In this document: piece by piece, positions 45,770 through 55,558 of the stretch
Numbering within the stretch: position 1 is the stretch's first letter
Layout: each line of letters opens with the position of its first letter
Assembly (NCBI GenBank): GCA_964459155.1
Contig: CAYWKF010000044.1
Location: forward strand, 120,407-184,406
Reading direction: 5' to 3'
Origin: an uncultured Desulfobacterales bacterium
GTDB lineage: Bacteria; Desulfobacterota; Dissulfuribacteria; Dissulfuribacterales; JALVPX01
Length of the DNA stretch: 64,000 nucleotides
Translations under genes and position numbers: made by a program
Notes under the pieces: model-generated
What the model was told of the DNA's origin: nothing
Databases searched by the model: none
What the model saw: only the letters and a program-made list of their open reading frames with translations

Positions 45770-47854
45770 TTAGCGCTTCATGTTGAGTAGTTCGTTCAGC
45801 ATGTCATCTGTAGTTGTAATAACCCTGGAGTTTGCCTGAAAGGCCCTTTGGGTTGTAATAAGACGCACAAATTCTGTGCCCATGTCGACCGTGGACTGCT
45901 CTAAGGCATTGGAAGCTATAGAGCCTAGGCCGTTCGTGCGGGGCTGGCCTGTAACAGGAGCGCCAGAAGCCGTGGTCTCCCTCCACAAATTGCCGCCCTC
46001 TTTGGCTAGATCCGAAGGGCTATTGAATCTGGCAAGGCCCAATTGTGCAAGAGCAATTATGCGTCCATTGGAATAACTTCCAGTTATGACCCCTTCGGAA
46101 TCGACATTCACAGATTCCAGGAAGCCTGCACCAAAACCATCCTGATCATAAAAGAGCGTGCTGGAACGATTTGCATACTGGGTGGTGGTGATGGCCTCGG
46201 TGGTCCAGGTGGATGGAGGATCGTAGCTGCCGTCATCATTCTTGGTCACTGTTGCATAGGCTCCGAAATTGAGTTCCACCATCTGGGCGGAACGGTCCCA
46301 TCCTGTTGTAGGCATGGCTTCCCCTGAAGGGGGAAGGAAGTAAGCCTTCAGCTGGGGATAGTTGTGGTCGCCATAAGACACATCGAACCAGTCGCCCTCA
46401 ATATCCTGGTCTGTAATATTGTAAACCGTCTCTACATTGGCTCCGTCCCTCACCGTGGCCTGCATATTTTCCGGATCATAATCCACCACGGTATATGTGT
46501 TTCCTCCAGAGGTGAAGGTAACAAAGGTGGTTTCATCATCAGGATTGATGCGATACAAGGCATCCAACTCCAGGAAATTTTGGTTTGCAGCAGGATCATT
46601 GTCATTGTCCACAGGAAGATCTCCCCCACCGGCGGGATTGCGGAAATTCCTGATTCTTGTGCCAAATCGCTGGATGTGCTCGCTATTGGCAGTGCCTATT
46701 TTGGCCTTTATGACTGTTGTTCCATTGGCATCGTTGGTAAGAGTTATTGTCTGATCCTCAGGATCGAAGCCTACTATATAAAACTGGTCATCACCCTGGC
46801 CATCTGCATTATTGTCTAGAAAGACGGTGGGCTTACCATTTATAACATACTGGCCGGCATTCATTTCAGGGAGAACAGGCAGGTCTTCGATGTCTTCCAG
46901 CCTGAACTTGATAATATTACTGCTGCCTCCTGCATCATAAAATTTGGAATTGGCATACTGAGCACCAGCTCCTGCTATTTCCTCTACGACCTCACCTACT
47001 CCATTGTTATATTTGCTATATATGCCATCTATGCTGCCCTGGGGCGTAAAATGGAGAAACCCCCTCATGAGAAGACCACGCTCAGCAGGCGGGGTATCTG
47101 GCAAAGTAGCATATATATTTTTGTCTTCCTCTGGAGACATGGTCACGATGAATTCCCATTCCCTGTCAGAAGAGGTCTTGTCAAAATAGATGGTCAATTC
47201 GTGAGTATTCCCCAGACTGTCATAAACATTTAGGCTTGTTTTATATTCATAATCTACATTTGGCGCCAGTTCGCCATTTTTCTGAACCCACGCCTTTTCA
47301 AGGCTCCTGGGATCAACCGGATTTGAAACCCGGCTATCAAGGTTGACAGCTATTGTGGCCTGTGCCGTGGCTACTGGCGGAGATGAATTCACCACTTGAA
47401 TATCTCCCATGGCCCCAACTATCTCTGCTGTGCCATCCGGCTGAGTCTCCATCTTCCAGCCCTGTACCTTAAGCCCTGCCGGATTCACCAAATAACCAAG
47501 TTTATCTATGTGGAATTGCCCTGCCCTGGTATAGTAAACACTGTTTTCCAAGGCTGGATCACTGACGATAAAAAAGCCGTTTCCTGCAATAGCAAGGTCT
47601 GTTGGTGACGATGTGGACTCGAAAGAACCTTGCTGAAACAGCGGCGCCACGTCTGACATTGATGCGCCGCGCCCCACCTGGGAACCTCCCCTGGCAGTAT
47701 TTATGGACTGAGCCATTATGTCTTGAAACGTGGAACGGGAAGACTTAAAGCCCGTGGTGTTCACATTGGCAATATTGTCGCCAATGACCTGCATGGCATT
47801 TCCCATGTTTACCAATCCACTCACACCTGAATACAATGAACTTGTAAGAGCCAT
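45770..47854 (-). CDS. flgE: Flagellar hook protein FlgE (long form, 694 aa)
   Basis: N-terminal SLYSGVSGLVNMGNAMQVIGDNIANVNTTGFK and C-terminal ALEQSTVDMGTEFVRLITTQRAFQANSRVITT are the rod/hook conserved segments. Confidence 0.9.
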   Translation of the reverse strand: MALTSSLYSGVSGLVNMGNAMQVIGDNIANVNTTGFKSSRSTFQDIMAQSINTARGGSQVGRGASMSDVAPLFQQGSFESTSSPTDLAIAGNGFFIVSDPALENSVYYTRAGQFHIDKLGYLVNPAGLKVQGWKMETQPDGTAEIVGAMGDIQVVNSSPPVATAQATIAVNLDSRVSNPVDPRSLEKAWVQKNGELAPNVDYEYKTSLNVYDSLGNTHELTIYFDKTSSDREWEFIVTMSPEEDKNIYATLPDTPPAERGLLMRGFLHFTPQGSIDGIYSKYNNGVGEVVEEIAGAGAQYANSKFYDAGGSSNIIKFRLEDIEDLPVLPEMNAGQYVINGKPTVFLDNNADGQGDDQFYIVGFDPEDQTITLTNDANGTTVIKAKIGTANSEHIQRFGTRIRNFRNPAGGGDLPVDNDNDPAANQNFLELDALYRINPDDETTFVTFTSGGNTYTVVDYDPENMQATVRDGANVETVYNITDQDIEGDWFDVSYGDHNYPQLKAYFLPPSGEAMPTTGWDRSAQMVELNFGAYATVTKNDDGSYDPPSTWTTEAITTTQYANRSSTLFYDQDGFGAGFLESVNVDSEGVITGSYSNGRIIALAQLGLARFNSPSDLAKEGGNLWRETTASGAPVTGQPRTNGLGSIASNALEQSTVDMGTEFVRLITTQRAFQANSRVITTTDDMLNELLNMKR

Positions 47855-47891
47855 AGGTTATTCTACCTCCTTATATACTCGCTAAAAATTG

Positions 47892-48566
47892 TTAACCGAC
47901 TTTCCAGATATCTTTTAATTTGATTGATGGACCATCTTTTAGTTCCACCTTTGGCATTCCTTTTTCTTCTTGAGCAATCCCAGAAACAATACCCGTTGTC
48001 CAGGTCTCAACCTCAACTTCGTTGCCCTCCTGATCTGATGCTACAACTGTGAACGAATATGAACCGGGCGGAACCGGATTCCCATTGTTGTCTTTGCCAT
48101 CCCACTGCACAGTGTGCCTGCCTGTTTCAAAACCATTTGTATTCAGGTTCCTGACCACATTTCCAGAACTGTTTCTGATAATTAATTCACTCGATGCAGC
48201 AGGCTTTTCCAGTGTTACACCAAAGGGTTCCACACCATTGTCACCCACAAGGATGTTGTTGCCCTCGTATTGGACTGTGTGACCAATCAAGTTTACAGCA
48301 CTGAGCCCTGTCCTTGCTTCATCTGCCTCAGCCAGCCGCTCCATTGCTTCGTTGCTCTTATACATGAGATCTACCATATTGAACTGGGCCACTTGGCTTG
48401 CCATTTCGGCACTTTCCATGGGTTTCATAGGATCTTGATACTGTAGCTGAGTAACAAAGAGTTTCATAAAATCATCTCTGTCCAAGGTAGCGTGATCCTT
48501 CGGGGTCTCATATTTGATTTCCTCGGTTCCACTGGATGCAGCGGAGGTTATTGCACTTGCTATCAT
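47892..48566 (-). CDS. flgD: Flagellar hook assembly/capping protein FlgD
   Basis: 224 aa. DDFMKLFVTQLQYQDPMKPM motif and a FlgD Ig-like C-terminus. Confidence 0.9.
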   Translation of the reverse strand: MIASAITSAASSGTEEIKYETPKDHATLDRDDFMKLFVTQLQYQDPMKPMESAEMASQVAQFNMVDLMYKSNEAMERLAEADEARTGLSAVNLIGHTVQYEGNNILVGDNGVEPFGVTLEKPAASSELIIRNSSGNVVRNLNTNGFETGRHTVQWDGKDNNGNPVPPGSYSFTVVASDQEGNEVEVETWTTGIVSGIAQEEKGMPKVELKDGPSIKLKDIWKVG

Positions 48567-48588
48567 TACTTATGCTCCTTAATTGGCT

Positions 48589-50316
48589 TTAAACAACTAT
48601 ATGCACCCGGCCAGCCATTCCTTGCCGGATAGACACCTCTGAAAATTCCATAGGTTCTGTTTCTACGGCAGGACCATCTGCCAACCCATTTCCAAAATTC
48701 CAGCCGTCAAAGCTAGAATTGTCTTGCTGATTACCCCAACCTTGCCCTATATCCACGGAACAACTTCCCAACTGAAATCCTTGGGCCTCCAGTTGTTCCT
48801 TGAGCTGGACCATATTTGTTTCCAATATATGTTTGGCTTCTGGCTGATCTGCCAAAAAGGTTGCGTGGATGTTGGAATTTCTGTGAACGACCAGTTCCAC
48901 GCGCACCTTTCCCAACTCTGGCGGATTGAGTTGCAATATGGCCCGTCTTCTTTTTAAGACTATTGAGTTCACAATGCCCTTGCTAACCTGTTCCACTACC
49001 GAGTCATCTATTGTGTTGTCCTGTTGCACATTGAAGGTTTCGTCTTCGTTAATGGAAAGCAGGTCTTGGCTGGACAACTGATGTGCACCATTCACTCCGT
49101 TCTGCGCAAAAGAAAATCCCTGGTCCTGTCTATGAGCCTGGAACATAGCTTGCGCAGAATTCTTGGATCTCGTATTTCCGTCTTCAGCACCATCTAGGGG
49201 TTCTGTTTTTGGTCTCAGACCGGCTTGCTGATCGGGGCCGGAAGCCTGTTCATACGACCTTTTTTCGAACTCGCTTGGGGTTTCAAAGGCTTTTTCTGTC
49301 CTTTGAGAAACCTTTTCAACGGGTTTACTGGTTCTGGCAACCTGCTCCACCGACTTGCCTGCTTCACCATTCACACCATCTATTTTTTTGTTTTCGCCTG
49401 CTGCTGTTTCAAGATTTTCAGTTGGACGCACGGAGGAATCTTCTTTTTGATCACCACTTATCTTTGCGTCACCAGCTTTTGGGTCTGCACTAGTAGGCTC
49501 TTCCACCACGTCGTCTGTGACCGGAGATTTAAATGAGGGTGAGGCAGTAGAGGCTTTCGCATTGGTCTGGTTGCCAGTTTCGGAAACACCATTCAATGGG
49601 TCATTCGAGACAGAATCTGGCTCAACCTCACCCAAGATCTCTTCCAAATATGCATCATATCTTTGAGCACTGCCTTCAAGGTGCCTGCTTTCTTGAAAAG
49701 AACCGGGGCTTGCACTCGTTGAACCTTTGTTGCCTTTTGGCACTGTATTTTTGTCTATTCCGTCGATCAAAACATCGGCCGCTCTCACTCTGTCTTCGGC
49801 ACTGAATATTACTGAGGACTTTTGATGGCTTGGAGCACCCTGTTGTGAACACTCAGACAAATGCTCAAATATCTCCAGTGCCTTTTTCAACTGCCCATCG
49901 TTTTTGCCGTACTGCTCCAACAAGGAAAAAAAATGCTCTACCGCCGCCAGTAGTGGATTCCCAAAGTCACTTTGTTCAAATGTGCCTGAAAGCTCACCGG
50001 GCTCTTTTTCAAAAAAGTCACTTGAAGAGGCCTCCTCTTCGCTTTCCCCTGTTAATGCTGCAAGTTCACCCTGCTCCAACTTTTCACCTTTGAGAAACTT
50101 TGATAGTAGAGAAGAAAAATATTTGATTTTGTCTCCTCCTTGTCTGGTGGTATCATCTGCCGAACCTTTTTCAGCACTTGTCTGGCTGAACGCCTTGAAC
50201 GGTACGGGTGAAGTTTCCGAATCCGATATTTTTCCGCCTACATGGGTAGTAAGTGCATCCTTGGAACCCTGATTTGCTGCCACCGCAGGTGGAATTACAT
50301 TTGGAATCTGTGCCAT
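48589..50316 (-). CDS. fliK: Flagellar hook-length control protein FliK
   Basis: Low-complexity central region. C-terminal LQLNPPELGKVRVELVV...FLADQPEAKHILETNMVQLKEQLEAQG. I trimmed to ATG 50316 (GGAG RBS); the track ORF began at 50427. Confidence 0.8.
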   Translation of the reverse strand: MAQIPNVIPPAVAANQGSKDALTTHVGGKISDSETSPVPFKAFSQTSAEKGSADDTTRQGGDKIKYFSSLLSKFLKGEKLEQGELAALTGESEEEASSSDFFEKEPGELSGTFEQSDFGNPLLAAVEHFFSLLEQYGKNDGQLKKALEIFEHLSECSQQGAPSHQKSSVIFSAEDRVRAADVLIDGIDKNTVPKGNKGSTSASPGSFQESRHLEGSAQRYDAYLEEILGEVEPDSVSNDPLNGVSETGNQTNAKASTASPSFKSPVTDDVVEEPTSADPKAGDAKISGDQKEDSSVRPTENLETAAGENKKIDGVNGEAGKSVEQVARTSKPVEKVSQRTEKAFETPSEFEKRSYEQASGPDQQAGLRPKTEPLDGAEDGNTRSKNSAQAMFQAHRQDQGFSFAQNGVNGAHQLSSQDLLSINEDETFNVQQDNTIDDSVVEQVSKGIVNSIVLKRRRAILQLNPPELGKVRVELVVHRNSNIHATFLADQPEAKHILETNMVQLKEQLEAQGFQLGSCSVDIGQGWGNQQDNSSFDGWNFGNGLADGPAVETEPMEFSEVSIRQGMAGRVHIVV

Positions 50317-50655
50317 CAACAATGCTCCATTAATCCATGTGAAATTTTCCCGTTTTCGTCCAGGATGACACATAGTGCAATGGTTGTACCTACATTCGAG
50401 GATTGATGGGTGACATTTTCGCTTCAATAATAAATTGAATAAAAACAGTATATTAACCTGGCAAAGGCGGCAAAAAATTTCTTTGCACCATACCTATTTG
50501 TGGCAGATGCCTGCGAAAAGCGGGAATTGCTTGCCCACTGATAGGCAACAATGTTCCAGCCTCTTTCTTAGCACATGAAAAATTTGAATATTTTAGAGTC
50601 TTCCCTTTTTTTCCGAGAAGGTAGATGACAAAATAAAAATTTAGGAGATCCGTCT

Positions 50656-50997
50656 GTGGGAAAAAGTTCAGGTAGTGACCGTAGGAAGACTCAGCGATTC
50701 GTGAGGCCCATAGAGCTGTCTTTTTCAGATGGCAGCAGGTTCTTCACAGACTTTATAAAGGATATAAGCGTGGGAGGCCTTCAGATCGAATCATCCAAGC
50801 CTTTGGGTATTGGCACAGATCTTACTATTACTTTGGCTACCAACCCACCTGTTAAACTAAGGGGCAAGGTGCGCTGGGAAGCGAAAGATGGAATCAAATA
50901 CAAGATGGGTGTTCAATTCTCAGACCTGACTCCAGAGCAGGAATCAAGGATCAGACAGGTGATCCAGAGCCTTTTTTGGGAAGTTTATCAGAAGTGA
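50656..50997 (+). CDS. Stand-alone PilZ domain protein (c-di-GMP receptor type)
   Basis: 113 aa. RRKTQR (RxxxR) and DISVGG (D/NxSxxG) motifs. GTG start. Confidence 0.8.
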   Translation: MGKSSGSDRRKTQRFVRPIELSFSDGSRFFTDFIKDISVGGLQIESSKPLGIGTDLTITLATNPPVKLRGKVRWEAKDGIKYKMGVQFSDLTPEQESRIRQVIQSLFWEVYQK

Positions 50998-51476
50998 AGC
51001 GGATAGGCCGGCTGTCTGCTCCGCTGCCTATACATTGGCAAGGCCAGAGAAAAGCTGGTTAACCCAACCCCCCAGAGAAAAAAGATCGACCAGTCTATGC
51101 CAGGCTCCAAGACCGCACGGCTTGGGTTGGAAGGATTGTAGCGTACGACCACCTCTTTACCCGGGGTATATTTTCTCGACAATTCCTGGATCCTGCTTTC
51201 TGAACCAAAGCAATGCCAGCCCACATTGACTCTATTGCCTTCCAATATCTCTCCATTCACCTGATAAAGGTAATCCACATAAAAGCATAGGCGGGCAATC
51301 CTGATATTTTGGGAAGTGCGCATCTCTTTGACTTTGGCTGTAATAACCCTGCCATATGCCTTGGGCCACGCATGTGCCTTCATGCCTTCTACGGCTTTGA
51401 AAGTGCCGGTGGCCAGTGCCCATAGTCCCAAGGCAAAAAATATGAATGAAAATGGCTTAAAATCGTTCATGACCAC
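50988..51476 (-). CDS. DUF3592-like membrane protein
   Basis: 162 aa. TM helix, then W..t.G.v-type beta-rich core (AWPKAYGRVITAKV...VVRYNPSNPSRAVLEPG), then a second TM helix. 10-nt overlap with the upstream Hsp70-like gene. Confidence 0.65.
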   Translation of the reverse strand: MVMNDFKPFSFIFFALGLWALATGTFKAVEGMKAHAWPKAYGRVITAKVKEMRTSQNIRIARLCFYVDYLYQVNGEILEGNRVNVGWHCFGSESRIQELSRKYTPGKEVVVRYNPSNPSRAVLEPGIDWSIFFLWGVGLTSFSLALPMYRQRSRQPAYPLHF

Positions 51477-54268
51477 CCATTTTCCTCTTCTGCTAATATC
51501 AAGCCCGGAGGCAAGTGCTCTCCAAAGGCGAGGTTTTTGTATTCTTCATCAGGCCTTACCAACTTTTTCAAAGGCAACAACTTTTCTGGACTTACGCCCA
51601 GGGTCTCCAAATATGTGCAAAGATCCTGCCTGAAATCTGCTGGCAAATCCCTGGCCCTGTCTCCTGTCACACGGCCAAGGCTAACGAGACATTGTGCAAC
51701 TACTTCTGGTCTTTTCCATTCCATGTTCATGATCGCCTTTGCCCACTGCTGAACTAAACCTGGTCTAATCACCTTATCGGCAGGTCCGTAAAGTAACTGT
51801 CGCGCACCCAGCCTGGATATCACCCACAAAGGCCAACTCTTTGTATTTTTACCTATGAGTTTAAGCACGGTTTCCCCAAGCTCTCTCTTCACACTGGTTT
51901 CCAGGCGTTCCAAGTTTGCAGCACACAACCAAATCTCTTTGGCTTCCTCCCTCGAAACCTTGATTGTTTTTGCCTTCTTGCGCCTGCCTTTGCCTTTTGC
52001 GCCTCCGGTAGCCAATATTGGCTTCATCAGTGAAAAAAGCTGGTTTTGGTGCCCGGTTCCCAGACCCGCTGCAATCCGGCGCCAAAAAATCCACCACTGG
52101 ATACGCACCCCCTGATCTTTTGCAAAAAATAGGCCTTCGAAAAAAAGCGGCCAGGCCTTTTTGATACGCCACGGATCTTGGACATCTCCTACGCCTGGCC
52201 GTAGGCCAAATCCCGTTAAATTAAGCCATCGCAACTCGTGTGAAGGGGATATAGACCTGCCAGATTTGTGCTCAAAAAGCATATCAGCAATTGCCCTCAA
52301 CACGGGAACAGGCCAAAGCTCTCTACCCATGCCCAAGTGCTCGGAAATTCTTGCAGTGAGTTCTGTTGGAGAAAGGGCATTCTTTTCCCCTTTTGTAAAG
52401 CACTTGTGTATGTCTTTCCCTATCTTTTCCAATGCATCATGATCATGCTCAGAAAGACGCATCTGCTCTTTGGCCGGAGCCGTTCTTACCCTCACTCCTT
52501 CGAGATAGTGGTTGGCCACAACGCTTTGTTTGTCCTTGGCCCTGAGATCAAATTGAAGGCGCCATTTGTGGGGGCTCTCTTGGGAAATACAGTACACTTC
52601 TATGGTGCCTACGTTGGTGACCTGAGCCTTTATTCTCACAGGAAGAAGCATGTCCCTCCCTTTTTTGCCATATTTCAACGAGGTGACGAGTGGCGGAAGT
52701 TTGACCATATCGTCCGAAACAGTGACGGTCTCGCCCAAACGGTCACCATGTCTTACCGTAGAACTATAGAGAATAAAGCTAACAGGCCTGTTGGTACGCA
52801 CCTTGAAAATGTTTGGAAGTTCTAATTCAGCCCCTTCTTCGGAACCACGCTCTATCAGACAAACCGCCTTGTCAGAGCCCACCCCCCTTTCATACCCAAC
52901 ACCGATGAAGTAGGAACGAGGTATGCCCCCACCTACTTTTAGACCTATGCCCATGCGTACCAGGCCATAATAGGCAGCCCCAAAAGACACGGCTAGGTCA
53001 AGGGATGAAGTCTCCAACTCCCGTATGGGTGCTTGCACCCATGATGAAATGGTGTTTGTAAGCCTTCTTTTTATGATATCGGGCTTGAGGGCGCCTCCAT
53101 TGTACATAACTGCTGTAATATCCAGGCGGTTGCCCTGCCTTAGCAAAAAGCGCCCTAAATGGCGGGTTACAGCAGGGTCTGTTTCATATGGCAAGCCCAT
53201 CTCGCGCAAACCAGCCCCTTGGGTTTGGGCTTCTCGAGCTTCTTCCAATGTCACCTTGGGAAAGAAGCCTTCCAAAATAGCATTTAACACTTTTTCTTTT
53301 GCAAGTTCGATTCGGATTGTGCCGCCGATCAACTTTTTTCCTGCGCCCGTTAGCCTTAGAGTAGCCTTGTCCAACGATGCCTGGCCAAGCAATTCCTCTT
53401 TTGCCTTCCGGCATTGATGCAGCAAAGCCTGCCAGCGTCTGGCATCCAATTCTTGGTTCAGTTCCTTTTCTGCATAAGCTGCCAGGGCCAAGTCCATGTT
53501 GTCACCACCCAGCAGCAGATGGTCACCCACAGCCAGCCGCTCAAGCCGCGGAACTTCACCTGCTTCCTCACACGCCACCAAAGTAAAATCTGTGGTGCCT
53601 CCCCCAACGTCACAAATAAGAATCCTGTCATCAGCCTTAATGAAGTCTCTCCAGTCACCTTCATGTTCAGACAAGAAAGCGTAAAAGGCTGCCAAAGGCT
53701 CCTCCAGCAGCACCACATTAAGGCCAGCCTCTTTGGCTGCCTTGAGTGTCAATTCCCGGGCCGCTGCATCAAATGATGCTGGGACCGTCAACACAACCAG
53801 CTGATCCGACAACGGCTCTGGCATGGTAAAATCCCAAGCCTCGCGGATATGCTGGAGATATGCCCTTGAGGCCTCCACTGGGGAAACCTTTTTGACATCT
53901 GGATCAGCTCCCCAAGGAAGAATGGGAGCCTCCCTGTCAACTCCTCCATGGCACAGCCAGCTCTTTGCAGAGCTTACCAACCTGCCAGGTACGAGTACCC
54001 CCTGTTCCCTGGCAAAAACACCTACAGCATAGTCGCGCTCTTCATCCCAAGGAAGGGCTATATCGCCTTTTTGAAGATCAAAAGGGCCAGGAATATAAAG
54101 AAAGGATGGTAGGGTAGGCCTGTCACCCAGCCTTCCAGCATTAACGAGCTGTTTTATCTTAAACGATTCAATTTTTACGGCATTGGGCTCAACCCCATGC
54201 AGATCCGCAAAGGCTACTGCACAGTTAGTTGTTCCCAAATCTATGCCCACAACATATCGCGGTTTCAT
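51467..54268 (-). CDS. Atypical large Hsp70/actin-fold ATPase family protein (933 aa) with an uncharacterised ~450-aa C-terminal extension
   Basis: VVGIDLGTTNCAVAF, VLTVPASFDAAARE and ILICDVGGGTTDFTLV are Hsp70 NBD motifs. I trimmed to ATG 54268; the track ORF extension to 54409 runs into the tRNA gene. Confidence 0.85.
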   Translation of the reverse strand: MKPRYVVGIDLGTTNCAVAFADLHGVEPNAVKIESFKIKQLVNAGRLGDRPTLPSFLYIPGPFDLQKGDIALPWDEERDYAVGVFAREQGVLVPGRLVSSAKSWLCHGGVDREAPILPWGADPDVKKVSPVEASRAYLQHIREAWDFTMPEPLSDQLVVLTVPASFDAAARELTLKAAKEAGLNVVLLEEPLAAFYAFLSEHEGDWRDFIKADDRILICDVGGGTTDFTLVACEEAGEVPRLERLAVGDHLLLGGDNMDLALAAYAEKELNQELDARRWQALLHQCRKAKEELLGQASLDKATLRLTGAGKKLIGGTIRIELAKEKVLNAILEGFFPKVTLEEAREAQTQGAGLREMGLPYETDPAVTRHLGRFLLRQGNRLDITAVMYNGGALKPDIIKRRLTNTISSWVQAPIRELETSSLDLAVSFGAAYYGLVRMGIGLKVGGGIPRSYFIGVGYERGVGSDKAVCLIERGSEEGAELELPNIFKVRTNRPVSFILYSSTVRHGDRLGETVTVSDDMVKLPPLVTSLKYGKKGRDMLLPVRIKAQVTNVGTIEVYCISQESPHKWRLQFDLRAKDKQSVVANHYLEGVRVRTAPAKEQMRLSEHDHDALEKIGKDIHKCFTKGEKNALSPTELTARISEHLGMGRELWPVPVLRAIADMLFEHKSGRSISPSHELRWLNLTGFGLRPGVGDVQDPWRIKKAWPLFFEGLFFAKDQGVRIQWWIFWRRIAAGLGTGHQNQLFSLMKPILATGGAKGKGRRKKAKTIKVSREEAKEIWLCAANLERLETSVKRELGETVLKLIGKNTKSWPLWVISRLGARQLLYGPADKVIRPGLVQQWAKAIMNMEWKRPEVVAQCLVSLGRVTGDRARDLPADFRQDLCTYLETLGVSPEKLLPLKKLVRPDEEYKNLAFGEHLPPGLILAEEENGWS

Positions 54269-54364
54269 GATCGGAAAATACCAAATGGTTTGCCGTGTTT
54301 CACTCTTTTCTTGGAAAGATAAGGCCTTTATTTTTGCAGGCAGGGAATAACGGCGGCGGTGATT

Positions 54365-54452
54365 TGGTGCCGAAGGGGAGATTCGAACTCCCACGGGATT
54401 AACTCCCACTAGATCCTGAATCTAGCGCGTCTACCAATTCCGCCACTTCGGC
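54365..54452 (-). tRNA. tRNA-Leu (anticodon CAG), CCA encoded
   Basis: Folded by hand. Acceptor GCCGAAG/CTTCGGC. Anticodon arm CTAGA-TTCAGGA-TCTAG. Long variable arm. T-arm GGGAG-TTCGAAT-CTCCC. 3' ACCA. Confidence 0.95.
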
Positions 54453-54462
54453 AACCCACGAA

Positions 54463-54491
54463 TATTTAAAAAGGAGCATTGCAGTTGTCAA
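54463..54491 (-). promoter_or_regulatory. Sigma70-like promoter candidate for tRNA-Leu
   Basis: Minus strand TTGACA (54491-54486), 17-nt spacer, TAAATA (54468-54463). The -10 element ends 10 nt upstream of the mature tRNA 5' end. Confidence 0.5.
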
Positions 54492-54569
54492 GGCACCATT
54501 GTAGGTTTAGCGTTTCTGAAATAGCGCATCAACAACGGAAATCAGCAGGAAAAAAATCTGAAGTTAGCC

Positions 54570-55541
54570 ATGAAGGTCTACAGACAACTCGATGAAATAA
54601 AAACACCTTTGAAGAGGCCTGCATTGACCATAGGAAACTTCGACGGAGTCCATCTAGGTCACCAAGCCTTATTTAAAACAGTAGTTGAAATAGCCCGTCC
54701 AAGGGGTGGAGATACCGTTGCGGTTACCTTTGAGCCTCATCCTTTGAAAGTCTTGAGGCCGGATAACCCGCCTAAACTCATATCAACCTTGGAACAAAAG
54801 ATTGAATTGATTGAAAATGCAGGCATTGATCATTTGATCTGCCTACCCTTTACGAGGGAACTTGCCAACACGTCAGCAGATGACTTTGTATACAAGGTCT
54901 TCTATAAAACATTGGCCATTGAAGACCTTGTAATCGGCTACGATTATGCTCTAGGAAAAGGAAGGCGGGGAGATTGCGATTTTCTGCGGAAAAAGGGAGA
55001 GGAATTGGGTTTTCGGGTCCACGTTGTGCCTCCGGTGATTGTAGACGGCATGGTGGTAAGCAGTACCAAAGTCAGGGAACTCGTGGCGGCAGGGGAGATG
55101 CGCAAGGTGGCCAAGCTCTTAAACAGATATTATCAAATCAGGGGTATCGTACAGAGAGGCAAGCGGCGGGGAGGACCGCTGGTCGGTTTCCCTACGGCAA
55201 ATCTCAACATAAACAAAGAAGATTTATGCCCCAAGCCTGGCGTCTATGTGGTCCAAGTGATACATGATGCCCAGTGCTACGGAGGCGTCCTAAATATCGG
55301 CAAGAACCCCACCTTCGGGGATAACGAACTGCGAGCCGAGACACACATTTTTGATTTCGACAAAGATATCTACGGGCATCCCATAAAAATCAATTTAATT
55401 CAACGGATCAGGGGTGAGAAAAAATTTTCTGGCCCAAAAGAGTTGGCAGCTCAAATATCCAAAGATATCGAACAGGCCCGGCTCATCTTGGCAAAAGAAG
55501 CAGGTTTGAAACAGGCCTGCAGTGAAGCCAGCAAGCCTTGA
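54570..55541 (+). CDS. ribF: Bifunctional riboflavin kinase / FMN adenylyltransferase
   Basis: 323 aa. ALTIGNFDGVHLGHQ N-terminus and GFPTANL...PGVYVV kinase-domain motifs. Confidence 0.95.
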   Translation: MKVYRQLDEIKTPLKRPALTIGNFDGVHLGHQALFKTVVEIARPRGGDTVAVTFEPHPLKVLRPDNPPKLISTLEQKIELIENAGIDHLICLPFTRELANTSADDFVYKVFYKTLAIEDLVIGYDYALGKGRRGDCDFLRKKGEELGFRVHVVPPVIVDGMVVSSTKVRELVAAGEMRKVAKLLNRYYQIRGIVQRGKRRGGPLVGFPTANLNINKEDLCPKPGVYVVQVIHDAQCYGGVLNIGKNPTFGDNELRAETHIFDFDKDIYGHPIKINLIQRIRGEKKFSGPKELAAQISKDIEQARLILAKEAGLKQACSEASKP

Positions 55542-55558
55542 AAAAGGCTCAAGGCATA

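Noticed and set aside
50501-50559. Sigma54-like elements TGGCAG-N-TGC (50501-50514, plus strand) and CTGGAAC-N-TTGCC (50544-50559, minus strand) in the fliK/PilZ divergent region.
   Set aside because: Both have GG-N9-GC spacing instead of the invariant GG-N10-GC of sigma54 promoters.
54269-54409. N-terminal extension of the Hsp70-like ORF (MGVNPVGVRISPSAPNHRRR...).
   Set aside because: The extension is the translation of the tRNA-Leu gene and its flank. The canonical Hsp70 start MKPRYVVGIDLGTTN begins at 54268.
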